Source: Yuukianura sp. NJ FZ-2021 (Eukaryota). From it: 64,000 nt of DNA. The notes under the pieces are model-generated. The model worked only from the letters and a program-made list of their open reading frames with translations. It was not told the DNA's origin and ran no database searches. Positions 49,380 to 63,138 of this stretch are shown one piece after another; the first letter of the stretch is position 1, and each line of letters opens with the position of its first letter. The position numbers and the translations under genes are program-made. The stretch lies in the NCBI GenBank assembly GCA_046563655.1, contig CM102283.1, positions 3,224,001-3,288,000 of the forward strand, read 5' to 3'.

Positions 49380-50645
49380 ATGTCAGAGGTCAAGGTGACC
49401 AACATTTTCATCACGGGGGGAAACAGGGGCATTGGCCTTGGATTGGTCAAAGCCATGCTGGAACAGTTTCAACCAGTACATTTGTTTGTAACTTACCGAG
49501 ACGAAAGTAATTCACAGGTATTTCAACAAAAACATATTTTTTTTTTGAAAAGTTAAAAATTATGAAACAAGAAACTAAAACTGTGCTGGATTTGAAATTT
49601 TGAATTTACAGGAACTGCTGAACTTGGCGAAAGTATATATTAATTTGCATCCGCTTGAGTTTGGTACTAATAATTTTATTTCTAGTAATTCTATTTTGGA
49701 ATAATTTTATTGAAATGAATGTTGTTGTTTTTTAAATTGTTTTCAAAAATTGATTTTGATTGATTTTTGCAATAAGATGTGACTGACTATGCCGCGCTGC
49801 CAGCGATTGTGGAAAAAGTTGAAAGTGTGACAGATGGAGCTGGACTTAATTTGTTAATTAACAATTCTGGAGTGCTGTTGCGTGAATTTCAAGGAGTTCG
49901 TGACGTCACTCGGGATGACCTCGTGACCAACTTGGAGGTCAACACAATTGCTCCAATCATGCTGACCCAAGTAAAGCTACAAAATGTCAATTTTTTTGAA
50001 AAACTGATTTTGTTTTGAAATTTTGAATAAAATTTTTTGGCTATTTCTTATGGTTTTGACCTCTGTGACCTTTGACCTCGGTAACCTTTAGGTTTTTCTG
50101 CCACTGTTGGAAAAGGCTGCAAAAGAAAATGCAGACCAAGATGGAATTGAACGCGCAGTGGTCGTCAATGTGTCATCTATACTTTCATCCCTGGCTGGGG
50201 ATTTTCCTGGCTGGCCGGTATTGATTTCCTACCGTGTCTCAAAGGTCAATCAACAACTTTCAAAATTTTCAAAAAAAATAATTTTTTTTTTGTTTTTGAA
50301 ATTTTCCAAAATGAAATTTTGTAAACTGGGTCTGTTTCGTGTTTTAGGCTGCACAAAACATGGCAACTAAATGTATCGGTATGGATCTTATCCAAAGTGG
50401 AATTACTTCCATTATGATTCACCCTGGGTATTTTTTTCTATTTTTTAGAAAATTTGCAATTTTTTTTTCAAAATTTTCATGTAAAAATTTTATTTTTTAG
50501 ATGGGTAAAAACTGAAATGGGAACTGACGCAGCTCCAATGACGGTTGAAGACAGTGCCGCCGCAATAATGGAATTATTAAAAGGAGTTACTGCAGAATCC
50601 AACGGGAAATTCTTGAACTACGACGGTACTGAAATCCCATGGTGA
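49380..50645 (+). CDS. Short-chain dehydrogenase/reductase (C-factor/sniffer-like), copy 1
   Basis: ITGGNRGIGLG, LLINNSG, VNVSS, YRVSK, IHPGWVKTEMG, GKFLNYDGTEIPW. Confidence 0.9.
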
Positions 50646-51460
50646 AGTGAAGCGTTAATTAACTCAAGTTAATTGACAATTTAAAAGTAGTTGAACCGAA
50701 ATTAGTTAATTTGTGTCCAATGTTAATTAATTCCACTGAAAAATTTCACCAACTGGCTAACATTCCGAAGTTTGTGTCAATAGTAAATAATTTTAGCACA
50801 ACTATTGTCTTCAAAAGTGCAAGAGCGGTGTGGGGTATTGTGAGACACCAAAACTTCTTGCGGGAAAATTGAACAAAAGTTTAAATTTTTACGTTTCTTA
50901 CATTTACATAACGGTTTTTGTTTTATCCTTTCAAAAATGAAACACGAAATGAAGCGTTTTTAAAAAATAGAACAATTGAGTTGAAAAACTTTTTAGTTTC
51001 AGTTTTTTTTTTCATTTGTATCAAACAAAAAGTGAACGTAGAATAAAGTTGGCTGGAAAATTGACTTTTTATCGTGAAATTTCATTTGTGATGTAAACAC
51101 TTTTGAAAAAAATGTTTTTCTTTACTCTCAGTAAATCCAGACTATGAAGTTCATCTGCTACAACTACTTTTTGGTGTGTTAAAAACCAAATTATGTTTTG
51201 CTTTTACAATAAATTGTGACTAGAGAGAGTCAAAGTGTGATTGGTCATTTTTTGTTCTTTTAGTCATTTATTATAGTCTCAACTGATTTTTTTTAGTACC
51301 AATCCAAAAACTGTACTTGTCACTTCATTTTTAGTATCTCTCAGAAGCACGGTTGATGTAAAGCTACTTCCAACACTTCACACTTCACTTACTTCACGTG
51401 CCGTCAAGGTCATTTTGAATACTTGTTTCGTTTTTTTGAAAACGTGAGTCCATCTGCAAC

Positions 51461-52617
51461 ATGTCAAAGGTCAAGGTCACCAACATTTTCATCACCGGGG
51501 GGAATAGGGGCATTGGCTTTGGGTTGGTCAAGGCCATGCTGGAACAGTTTCAACCAGTACATTTGTTTGCAACTTATCGAAGCGCTAAGAACTCACAGGT
51601 AAAAAAAAAGTTTTTTGAAAACTTGATTGAAACAAAAAGCGAAATTTCTGGATTTGAAATTTTGAATTTTGAATATACAGGAACTGCTGAACTTGGCCAA
51701 AGAAAATGACAATTTACATCTCTTTGAGTTTGGTAATTCTGTAACAATTTTTACTAAAATGGAGACTTTTTTTTTGAAATTTTGTTCAAGATTTTTATCT
51801 TTTTCAGACGTTACGGACTATACCAAGTTGCCAGCGATTGTCCAGAAAGTTGAAAGTGTGACAGGGAGAGCTGGAATTAATTTGTTAATTAACAATTCTG
51901 GAGTTTTGTCGTATAAACTTCCTGGAGTTCGTGACGTCACTCGGGATGACCTTTTGACCCACTTGGAGATTAACACAATCGCTCCAGTCATGCTGACTCA
52001 AGTAAAACACTCAAAATTTTTAGAAAAAAATTTTTTCTTTTGCATGTTTTTGATTTTTGACACTTTTTGTGTTAAACTTTTTTTTAAGGCATTTGTTCCA
52101 CTGTTGGAAAAGGCTGCAAAAGAAAATGCAGACCAAGATGGAATTGAACGCGCAGTGGTCGTTAATGTCTCATCGATAGTGGCATCTCTGGCTGGAGATT
52201 TCTCCGGACTATTTTCCTACCGGGTCGCAAAGGTCAACAACTCTCAAAATTTTCAAAAAAAAATTTTTTTTTAAATCCAAAATAAAATTTTATAAACCGA
52301 GTTTATGTTTCGTGGTTTTAGGCTGGTCTGAATATGGCAACTAAATGCACGAGTATGGATCTTATCAAAAGTGGAATTACTACGATTATCATTCACCCTG
52401 GGTAATCTATTTTTCGCTTTTAAAAAAATTGAAAAAAGACTTTTTTGAAAATTTCGAAATTGGAATTTTCAGATGGGTGAAAACGGATATGGGTGGAAAC
52501 GAAGCTCCACTTACAGTTGATGACAGCGTTTCCGCAATTATGCAAGTCTTAAAAGCAGTCACTGCTGAATCCAATGGGAAATTCTTGAGCTTCGACGGCA
52601 CTGAAATCCCGTGGTGA
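51461..52617 (+). CDS. Short-chain dehydrogenase/reductase (C-factor/sniffer-like), copy 2
   Basis: Same six-exon structure; YRVAK, IHPGWVKTDMG, FDGTEIPW. Confidence 0.9.
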
Positions 52618-53036
52618 ATATACGTGTTAATTAACTAAAGATAATCGACAGTTTAAAATTAGTTCAAGTGAAATTACTTAATTGTCTGTCCAATGCTAAT
52701 TAACCACACTGAAAAATTCTGTCAACTGACCAATAGAAGTTAAGGGTAACATTCCAAATTCTTGGGTCAATAATAAACTCAACCGCAACTATTGTCTTCA
52801 AAACTGTAAGAACTAAATAGGGTATTATGAGACACAAAAACTTTTTGCGGGAAAATTCTAGAAAAATTTAAATTCACACTTTTCCTTTTTTTGAGTTTTT
52901 TTTTTTGTTTGTGTTTGTTGTTTGTTTTTGCTGCAAATTAATAATAAGTGCGTTTTAATTTATTTGAATTTAAATTTAATTAATTAAGATCGTCGTCGTC
53001 TTCTACTTGATTAATTGATTAACTAAGGGAGTTGAC

Positions 53037-53982
53037 ATGTCTGACGACTCGAGTGATGACGACTGCTACGGCCCAACATTACCTCCACATCTTCAAACCA
53101 AAAGGTCTGCTTTTCAGTAACTACTAACCATAAAGGTCATTTAACGTCATAGCTTTCGGTTTCCATAGACGTGTAAGATTAGTTATACCTTCACCTAACG
53201 TTAGGGATTGTTAACTCAACGATAACCATCGATTAATGGTAATTTGGCGCAGCGATTAACGTTTTGCTTCATGTTTCAGGCCCATTGGTCCACAACTCCC
53301 CGCATCTCTGTTAAAACAGAACGATTCTGAAACGAATGGATCCGTGATCTCTACAACATCAACTGATCCTTCAGAGGAACGTCTTTCGTCAACTACTCTG
53401 CTTAAGCGACCTGCAGAACCAGAACGAAATGACGACGATTCAGATTCTGATGGAGACATTGGTCCATACCCTCCAGATGACCCCAGGTCACTTCGCATAC
53501 CGCGTACTCAACTGCTGAAACCAGCTCAATCGTCAACGAAGTTAAAACGAGAAGAATGGATGTTAATTCCACCAAAGAATAAAACAATCTCCGAAGTAGT
53601 TGGTCAACAGGGGCTGACTGCCAGGAAGTTCCTGGGCCGAACTCCAGATGAAGTTGAAGCGGACCCTGCAGATGATCCAGTTGAAAAAGACTTTGTGGAA
53701 GAAGCTAAAGCAGAATTCGAAGCTAAACTGGCTCAAGAGCGGGATGAAAGGATGGATAAGATGCTGCAAGAAGCAAGTGCGGGGAAATCCAAAGAAAGTT
53801 TGTTACATTTACACCAGAAGAGGCGTAAAGTTGCTGACGAAGGGCCCAAGGAGAGGAGACCATTTGATCGTGACGTTGATCTCAAAGTAGGCGGGTTGAG
53901 TGAGGAAGACAAACAAAAGTTTATCAAGAAAACTTCGGAACTGACGAGCCGATTTCATGGAGGAAAGCAAAAATTTTTATAG
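53037..53982 (+). CDS. GPALPP1: GPALPP motifs-containing protein 1 (exons 53037-53104 and 53280-53982)
   Basis: YGPTLPP, IGPQLP, IGPYPP, KREEWMLIPP, ESLLHLH, RRPFDRDVDL, SRF..G..KFL. Confidence 0.85.
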
Positions 53983-54076
53983 TAATTTAACTTTTCTTAA
54001 GTTAGGTTCTTAAATTAAATTTTTTGATTAATCAAGTATCAAGTAAGAGTGCTAACTTTCTACGCATTTCTTGGTT

Positions 54077-55606
54077 TCATGGAATCTCGGCTACGGACGT
54101 ACTGAAATACGGCGACAGATGAGAACCACCCACTCTTGATTTCTGAATCAGCACAGCACTGCAAGTATTCAAGGGATTCAATTAATCAAATCAATCGACC
54201 GTAACAATTAAACAAGCCAAAACTAATTAGTTGTGGTGCTTACTCCATGATGACAAGAGCTGCCATGGCCTCCACAATCGGCACAGCCCTTGGCACAACA
54301 CACGGGTCATGACGACCTTTGGCCTCCAAAATTCCTGGAATACCGTCATAGCTGCTCGTCCCTTGCGGCAATCCTATTGTCGCAGGCGGTTTGAAGGCCA
54401 CGCGGAAGTAAATGTTCTCTCCATTGGAAATCCCACCCTGATTTCAAATCAAACTCAAAGTATTACATACTTGGCAGTATATTTTGGATGTGCTTGACTG
54501 CGGCTGGTTCATCTTACTTGAATCCCTCCAGAAAAGTTCGTGAGGGTCATGAGCCCTTGACTTCCTACACCGAAGGGGTCGTTATGTACTGACCCCTGCA
54601 TTTCACTTCCACTGAACCCACTGCCCAATTCGAAGCCCTTGGATGCTGGAATGGACAGCATCGCATGGGCCAACTTGGCCTCTAACTTGTCAAAACAGGG
54701 CTCCCCGAGTCCTCCAGGCACATTTCTAATAACGCAGGTCACTGTTCCACCAATCGAGTCCTTTGCGTCCTTCATCTCTAAAATTTTCTGGAATGAGGAC
54801 ACAACAGCCAGAAACTCCAATGAAAATTTAATTTTCAAAATTTTGGATTGATTTTACCTTCTTCATGTCCTCCGCGACAGCGGGAATGGGACACCGACAT
54901 TCGTCTGCGTCAACATCACTCCGACTAACTTTGGATAGGAAACTGAGGAAGTTAGTTGCGGACTGTTCGCATTCAAAGTCCATCTTCACTTGTCCTACTG
55001 ACGAAACGAATCCAACAATCTCCAAGTTGTAGTGCGTAGATAACCAAGTTTGGGCAATCGCTCCAGCCGCAACACGTCCAATCGTTTCACGAGCTGAACT
55101 CCTGCCTCCACCAGATTTAGATTTGACTCCATATTTGAGTAGGTACGTCAAATCTGCATGGGATGGTCGTGGGTAGACGTCAGTTTCGGAATAGTCGTGT
55201 TGACGTTGGTCCTGGTTCAACACCTAAACAATTTATGTAAGGTTATGCAGATTACCTATGTAAATGAGATAGTATAGGTGTGGAATTTACTTGCATTCCG
55301 ATTGGACTACCCAGTGTCACATCATTTTCGATGCCGGAGAGGATGACAACCGAGTCCTTCTCGTCTCTCTGAAAGGTCAGATACAGTTGACACGAAATTG
55401 ATCAATTGATGAAGTCAATTGGCAGGGATTGTTCTTACGGGAGTGGTGAGGTCACTTTGTCCAGGTCGTCGTCGATTGAGCTGCTCTTGGATCATTGGTT
55501 GGGTGACTCTGAGTCCCGGTGGACATCCGTCCACGATACATCCAACGGCCTTCCCATGAGACTCTCCGAAAGTGGTGACCCTAAACAGCGAACCAAAGGT
55601 GCTCAT
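54077..55606 (-). CDS. aroC: Chorismate synthase, 385 aa (exons 55606-55439, 55368-55291, 55223-54858, 54787-54518, 54437-54244, 54158-54077)
   Basis: [91 protein letters not shown]. All introns are GT-AG and the exons total 1158 nt in frame. Confidence 0.96.
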
Positions 55607-56618
55607 CTTCTGAATTCAAAATGACACTTAACTAATGAAATGCTTAAGAATAGCTTAATGACGTCTTCCACTTGAGTTAAATTGTTCATCTGCTGGTTGA
55701 TCTTGTGGCTTCTGCGGACACGGAGAGAGAGAAAAGGTGGTTGACTTCAATCGCTGTTTAATCCAAACTTCAAAGGTCACTAATCCCCGTCTGTCCAACA
55801 GATGCAAAATGCAGATGGAATTCTTAATTGTCTTCTAATTACGTCATCAAACAATTGAGTTTGTTATGTTTACGTTTTACTTACGTCGACGTTATGAATC
55901 AGGCTTGTCCTCAGGTAATGTACCAAGCAGTTTTCGACTTTACGACGTTTCCGATATGATTCTAAAATGGCGAGAGCTTGTCGCGCAGGCGTAGCTCTGT
56001 CCTCTGTCTGGTTCATTGTTTTTTCAATTCTGTTCTGCCTTTTGCAATACTTCGGGAAGCAAATGCCATTAAAAGAATTGCCTTATTCAACGTCACCTCA
56101 AACATCGACCAAGCTCGAAATTTTTAGACAAAATTTACAAAAGCAATAAAACGATTAACTTCAACTGTGTTTAAAAGAATTTAAAATGTAATTTAACACA
56201 GAAACGTTATATTTTTTTAGTTTAGTTGTTCACTCAGAACTGCAGAGTTTTTTTTCACGTTATGCACATAATGTAGTTTTGTAATTGGCAAATTGTATGA
56301 CGGTTCAATTGTTTTGCATTGCAAAACTCCCTTTGTTATAAAATTTTCGTCGTGTCGAAATATAAAAAATTTGTTTTTATAAAGTAAAAAATCTTTGCGG
56401 TGTATCAACGGTACTCAAAATCAACTGATTAAAAACCAAGACAGGAATCACAATTTTCGTTTTTCGTCGTTATCTATTGTCCGGTAATTGAATCATTCAG
56501 TTGACAAGCATACCACATCGTCAATTCATAGACAGAGAATAACAAGTCAAGTCATCCAGTCATCGTCATTTAGAAAAGTTATCATTCAGCATCAGCAGGT
56601 CATTTTCAGTATTTCGGT

Positions 56619-59263
56619 ATGTCGGACGTCGACTTCACGGATATTTCGATGGAGCAAAAGGGGAGCATGGTAAGAAACGAGTTAACAACAGCTGAGTTAC
56701 GCCTGAAAGGTGAAAAGTCAACTGATCATTTCATTTTCTTTCATTCTAGCTTCCCGGAAGGCTCAAGATTACAGACACTCAGATCCACTTCAAACCAAAG
56801 TCAGGGAAGAACATTTCGTCCATTTCCGACACGGACATTGAACTGGTCAATTGGATGAGACATGGTAGTCAGTATGCTGTTCGAATCTTCACAAACAATG
56901 GAACCCTCGTTAGATTCACCGGGTTCAAGGAAGCGGACAAAGACAAGTTGAGCAAGGCCCTGTCCAATCGCTTCAACAAAAACTTGGTTGACATGGAAGT
57001 TTGTCTGAAAGGGTGGAATTGGGGAACTGCCAAGTTCAAAGGGTCCGTCCTTAGCTTTGAAGTCGGCAATGCTCATGGATTTGATGTTCCACTGAGCTAT
57101 GTGTCACAGTGTACCACCGGCAAGAACGAGGTTACACTGGAATTTCACCAGGTACAAACCAATCAACCTCCGTTGGGTAATTTTATCCTACTAAAAAACG
57201 TTTTTTAGTAAACGAAAACATTTTTGTTGCAGAATGACGAAGCCAGGGACACAAGTTTGATGGAGCTGAGATTTCACATGCCGTCGAGTGAGAATGCGGG
57301 TGACACGGATCCAGTGGATGCCTTCAAGGATCAAGTTTTAAGCAAGGCCGATGTAATTGGTGCCGTTGGTGATGCCATTGCCATCTTCCGAGAGATTTAC
57401 TGTCTCACACCTCGGTTAGTACGATAATGATATCTCAGTTCAAGATAAAAGATAAAGGATGATCAGGATAAAAGATATGGGATCATCAGGATAGAAGATA
57501 ACTTTTTTTTGTTATACAGAGGTCGATACGACATCAAAGTGTACCAATCCTTCTTCCAGCTCCACGGTAAAACTTTTGACTACAAGATCTCCATGTCGAC
57601 TGCCCTTCGTCTCTTCTTGCTGCCACATATCGATGGTCGTCAGATGTACTTTGTCATCAGTTTGGATCCACCAATCAAACAAGGCCAGACGAGATACCAC
57701 TTCTTGGTTTTTCTCTTCTCGGCAGATGAGGAATGCTCGATCGAATTGCCCTACTCAGAGTAAGATGCGGTTCAGATAAACTGCAAGTTATCAATTAGTT
57801 GAAGATCAATTAATTTTAGATGTCCACATTTTATAGCAAAGAGTTGCAAGCCAAATTTGGCGGCAAGTTGGAGAAGGAGATGAGTGGACCAACTTACCAA
57901 GTTGTTAGCAAAATACTGAAAGTTTTCACGGATCGAAAGCTCACCGGTCCAGGGAAGTTCATCGGGTAAAATCTCTAAAACTTTTTTTTTTCATTTTTCA
58001 AATTTTTTTTTGAAATTCTAAATTTTTTCAAAATTTTAGGACAACAAAACAACCAGCAGTCGGTTGTTCGTACAAAGCAGCGGCCGGGTATTTGTATCCT
58101 CTGGAACGCGGTTTCATGTATGTTCACAAACCACCAATTCATATCCGCATGGAGGAAATCAGTGCTGTCAATTTCGTTCGAAGCGGCGGTGGGACCAAGT
58201 AATGTTCACCTTTCTCAACATTTCTTGTTCCAAATTTTTCAAAAACAAGTTTTAGGTTTTTAAATTTTCAAATTTTCAAATTTCATTCCTTGATTTGCAG
58301 GTCCTTTGACTTTGAGATCGAGCTGAAGTCTGGATTGGTCTACAGTTTCATGAGCATTTTGAAGGAAGAGTATTCCAAACTGCACGATTACATCAACAGC
58401 AAGGGCATTCGTGTCAAGAGCAACCCAGAAAAGATTGTAAGTGTCAGATTGACCTTTGACCTCTTTGACCTTTGACCTGACGTTGAATTTGCAACAGAAA
58501 TTCTTCAAGTGAATTCTTCAAGTTAAACAATTTTTCTTTTTATGAAATAGGACTACGATGGAAGAAGTTACGATGGCAAGGGAGAACCGGATGCTTACTT
58601 GGCTCGTGTCAAGGCTGAAGCTGAAGAGAGGAGTGAAGATGAGGGAGACAGCGAAAGTTCGGAAGACGAAGACTACAATCCAGATGCCGCCAAAGTGTCT
58701 GATGTCTCTGAAGAGTAAGTTTAAATCATTCCTGCGGCAAACTGACATCATGGCAGGATTTTCTGGGCTAAAACGTCTTGTGCTTGTCCAGGTCGGATGA
58801 TGGAGCTACTAGTTCTGCCAGTGGAGGTGGTTCTGGAAGTGACAGTGACAAGGGGAAGAGCAAGAAGAAGAAAGACAAACCGGTGAAGAAGAGCAAATCC
58901 AAGGGCAAAGAGAAGGACAAAGAGTCCAAGAAGGACAAGGACAAGCACAAAGAGAAATCGTCCAGAAGCAGTAAGGACAAACCTGATAAGAAGAAGAAGG
59001 AAACTACGGACAAGGTCAGAAAAGTTCTCTAAATGTTGAACATTTAGGAAATTGTTGAAGTTTGAATCCGCACTTGGGAGTTTTGGGCTTAAAACGTTTA
59101 TGTGATTGTTTAGAAACCGAAGGCGGGAACGAGCAGTTCAAAAGGAAGCAAATCCAAGAAAGAGTCGCCTATGAAGGGAGATGGATACAAGAGCAAGGAG
59201 TTCATTTCTTCGGAAGATGACAGCTCAGATGCTGCTGGAGGAGGAGGAAACGACAGTGACTGA
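56619..59263 (+). CDS. SSRP1: FACT complex subunit SSRP1 (about 10 exons)
   Basis: [75 protein letters not shown], and C-terminal YKSKEFISS. Confidence 0.95.
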
Positions 59264-59363
59264 ACGAAGTTCAAATTAACGACAAGCACATCTTCAGATT
59301 CAATCTCAGCAGTTTCCAGACATTTTTTAATTGTACTTTTCCCTCCACACAACTCCGTGTTTT

Positions 59364-59536
59364 AATTAATTGAATGGCTTAGCGGAAAAAGGGTTAAACT
59401 CGTTTTGAATTTTTGGTTTCTCAGGGCAACCGAAAATTTGGCATTAGAATTAGCCCACTTGTAAACAACTGTTTAAAAATGTTTTAAAAAACGGAAACGA
59501 GTTTAACCCTTTTTCCGCTAAGCCATTCAATTAATT
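59364..59536. mobile_element. Small MITE with perfect TIRs of about 40 bp
   Basis: aattaattgaatggcttagcggaaaaagggttaaactcgttt / aaacgagtttaaccctttttccgctaagccattcaattaatt. Confidence 0.85.
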
Positions 59537-60124
59537 ATTTCTTTGGGAGGAATTTGTCAGTAAATCAATTCATATTTAGGAATAAATTAAATGAATTAAT
59601 TAATAATTAATTAATTTTTAATTGTTACATTTGTTTCAGCACTACTACTTTTTTCTTTATATCGAAGTCGAAGTTTGTCAACATGTCACATTCATGTGGA
59701 TATATTATTTGAATATACCGCATTTTTATACAGGAGAGGTATGCGCCACATCGTTTCATATTTGGCAAATTTCCTTGGTTTTGCTAACTTAAGTTAATTT
59801 TCTTAACCTTGAAAAAGAAATGGAATTTTAATGCAGTCTTAGTTTTAATTGGATAATTTCTTTCATGTTTGCTTGATATGCTTAAATATAAAAGATTTAA
59901 ATATTTAAATATGTTTACTATTGTTATAATAGCATTTAATAAAAAATTACAATCCAGCATACGCACAACTCTACGCCGCATGCACACAAACCATCCTCGC
60001 TTTGCGGCTGAAACTTCATTCAGGTTTTCTCATAAGGAAAATTCCCATTTGGCTTCTACACGTGTAAGTAATTGTTCTAATTTTAATCAATTAATCTAGT
60101 TAATTATCGTAACATTGTGTTCCC

Positions 60125-60254
60125 AACGTTGATAGGATAAGGTCCATCATCGATTTCCGATTCTGTCGATATATCATACGTAGATCAACATTGTTTTTTG
60201 CCCGATTTTAACACATGCCGCGCCGCTATGCTTTTGTTCGTCAACAGAACAGAC
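60125..60254 (+). ncRNA. Candidate H/ACA snoRNA in the RPSA 5'-UTR intron
   Basis: Hairpin acgttgat...atcatacgt, H-box-like AGATCA at 60182, a second possible hairpin, then ACA near 60249. Confidence 0.3.
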
Positions 60255-60324
60255 TAATCTAATTGACAATTGATTGATATTTGCAGGGTTTTCATTCGTT
60301 GCATTAAACGAAAACTGCATCAGG

Positions 60325-61656
<1,332 letters not shown>

Positions 61657-62136
61657 ATCAAGTGACGACAAGGGAGGAGAACATGAACATGTCAACTTAA
61701 ATACAGACTAAATCTTGTTAAACGTTCCGTGTTCACTCTTTTAAGTTACTGAATTATTCCATTGGAATAAAAAGGGATTTATATTTGAAAGAAAGAGTCA
61801 ATTGATCGACCCAGATTACTTGCACTTCCGGTTGACCCAGAATCCAGAAGTATCCCATTCATAAAATAAGCTTAATAAATCATTCTCATCTTAAATAGTA
61901 AGCTTTTAGTTGAGCCTTTAAGCAGTACTTTTTTCTGGAAAACGCTTCGATGACATCCGATGAACCCCTATAATCACATTTTTTTACATTTTTAATGTAT
62001 GAGTTTGCGCAGTTCTGTTTAGACTGTGATGTGTGTCTTCTCTTATGTGTAGTTGATGTATCTCCCTCCTTGGACTCATATTGCTAGGCAACGGTAATCT
62101 CATCTTCATTTCAATTCAGAGGTGGATAGGATAGTA

Positions 62137-62769
62137 CAGAGAAGTTTCTAAAGGCCTGTTTATACCGGACGACTGGATGGATTTTCCATCCACTGGACGG
62201 CAATCCAGTCGTTCATACCAGATTTGCTTTCTCTGGATGGATCATCCAGAGAAAGTTTGGGTGGATTTTTATCCACTGGACTGGATTTCCACTCGTTCAC
62301 ACCGAAAAAATCCATGGATGGAAATTTTTTCCACTGGATTTTCTCGTAATGCTGAGAGATGGGAGAAACGATCCAGACCAAAAGTTGACTCAGTTCAACT
62401 TTTGGTCTGGATCGAAATCCATCCATGGAAAAAATATCCAACGACTTGCTTTCCCTAAAATCTGGTATGAACGAGACAAAATCCATCCACTGGATTGGAC
62501 GTCCAGTGGATGGAAAATCCATCCAGTGGTCCGGTATAAACAGGCCTTAAGTTATAAAAAAGTGCAAAATACAACAAAATGGCAATTGGACCACAGGGGG
62601 GTTGGTCCAATCGCCATTGCAATATCGATCAATTGCCATTTCGAATGTCATTTTGTCGGTTTTGCCAAGTTATTGTGTATATATCTGTGTATATATCTAA
62701 GTTATTTTGTATTCCTCAACTGCCATTTTGTTGTATTTTGCACTTTTTTATAACTTAGAAACTTCTCTG
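62137..62769. mobile_element. Tc1/mariner-type MITE whose left TIR is split by a Harbinger MITE
   Basis: TA-cagagaagtttctaa[insert]gttataaaaaagtgcaaaatacaacaaaatggca ... tgccattttgttgtattttgcacttttttataacttagaaacttctctg-TA. Confidence 0.85.
62152..62547. mobile_element. PIF/Harbinger-type (Tourist-like) MITE
   Basis: TAA target duplication at 62149-62151 and 62548-62550. TIRs aggcctgtttataccggac... of about 48 bp, with internal atccactgga repeats. Confidence 0.88.
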
Positions 62770-63138
62770 TACTCTCGTCTCATCTGTTCCTTTTTTAGTT
62801 GTAGTCTCGTCCAATTGAGACTTGACTAAACAGCCAGCAGTTGTGTTTCTGAATTGGTCCAAGACAAAGTATAAACATAAAACAACGGTAACGGTGGTAC
62901 TCTTATTGGTACTACTACTGCTAAAGGTTAAGCTGATGCTGAGTTTGTCAATTGGTTTTGGTTGACATTGATTTTACCACTTCGATTAGTGCTTGACACG
63001 GACTTCGTGTCGGTGTTTAAGCTATACTACCTATACTGAATTGACGATTTTGAAATCCAGGATTGACTAATCTAAACTTTTAATTAACTTCATAGGACGA
63101 GAAAGGGAAGGAATCAACAGGAAATTCAGGAAGGTACA

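Noticed and set aside
54077-55606. Chorismate synthase as fungal or bacterial contamination
   Set aside because: It is tightly flanked by animal genes with no visible compositional break and has short introns in the local style. Read-level confirmation is still needed.
62160-62753. ORFs within the nested MITEs as a transposase
   Set aside because: No DDE or HTH features; they are translations of internal repeats.
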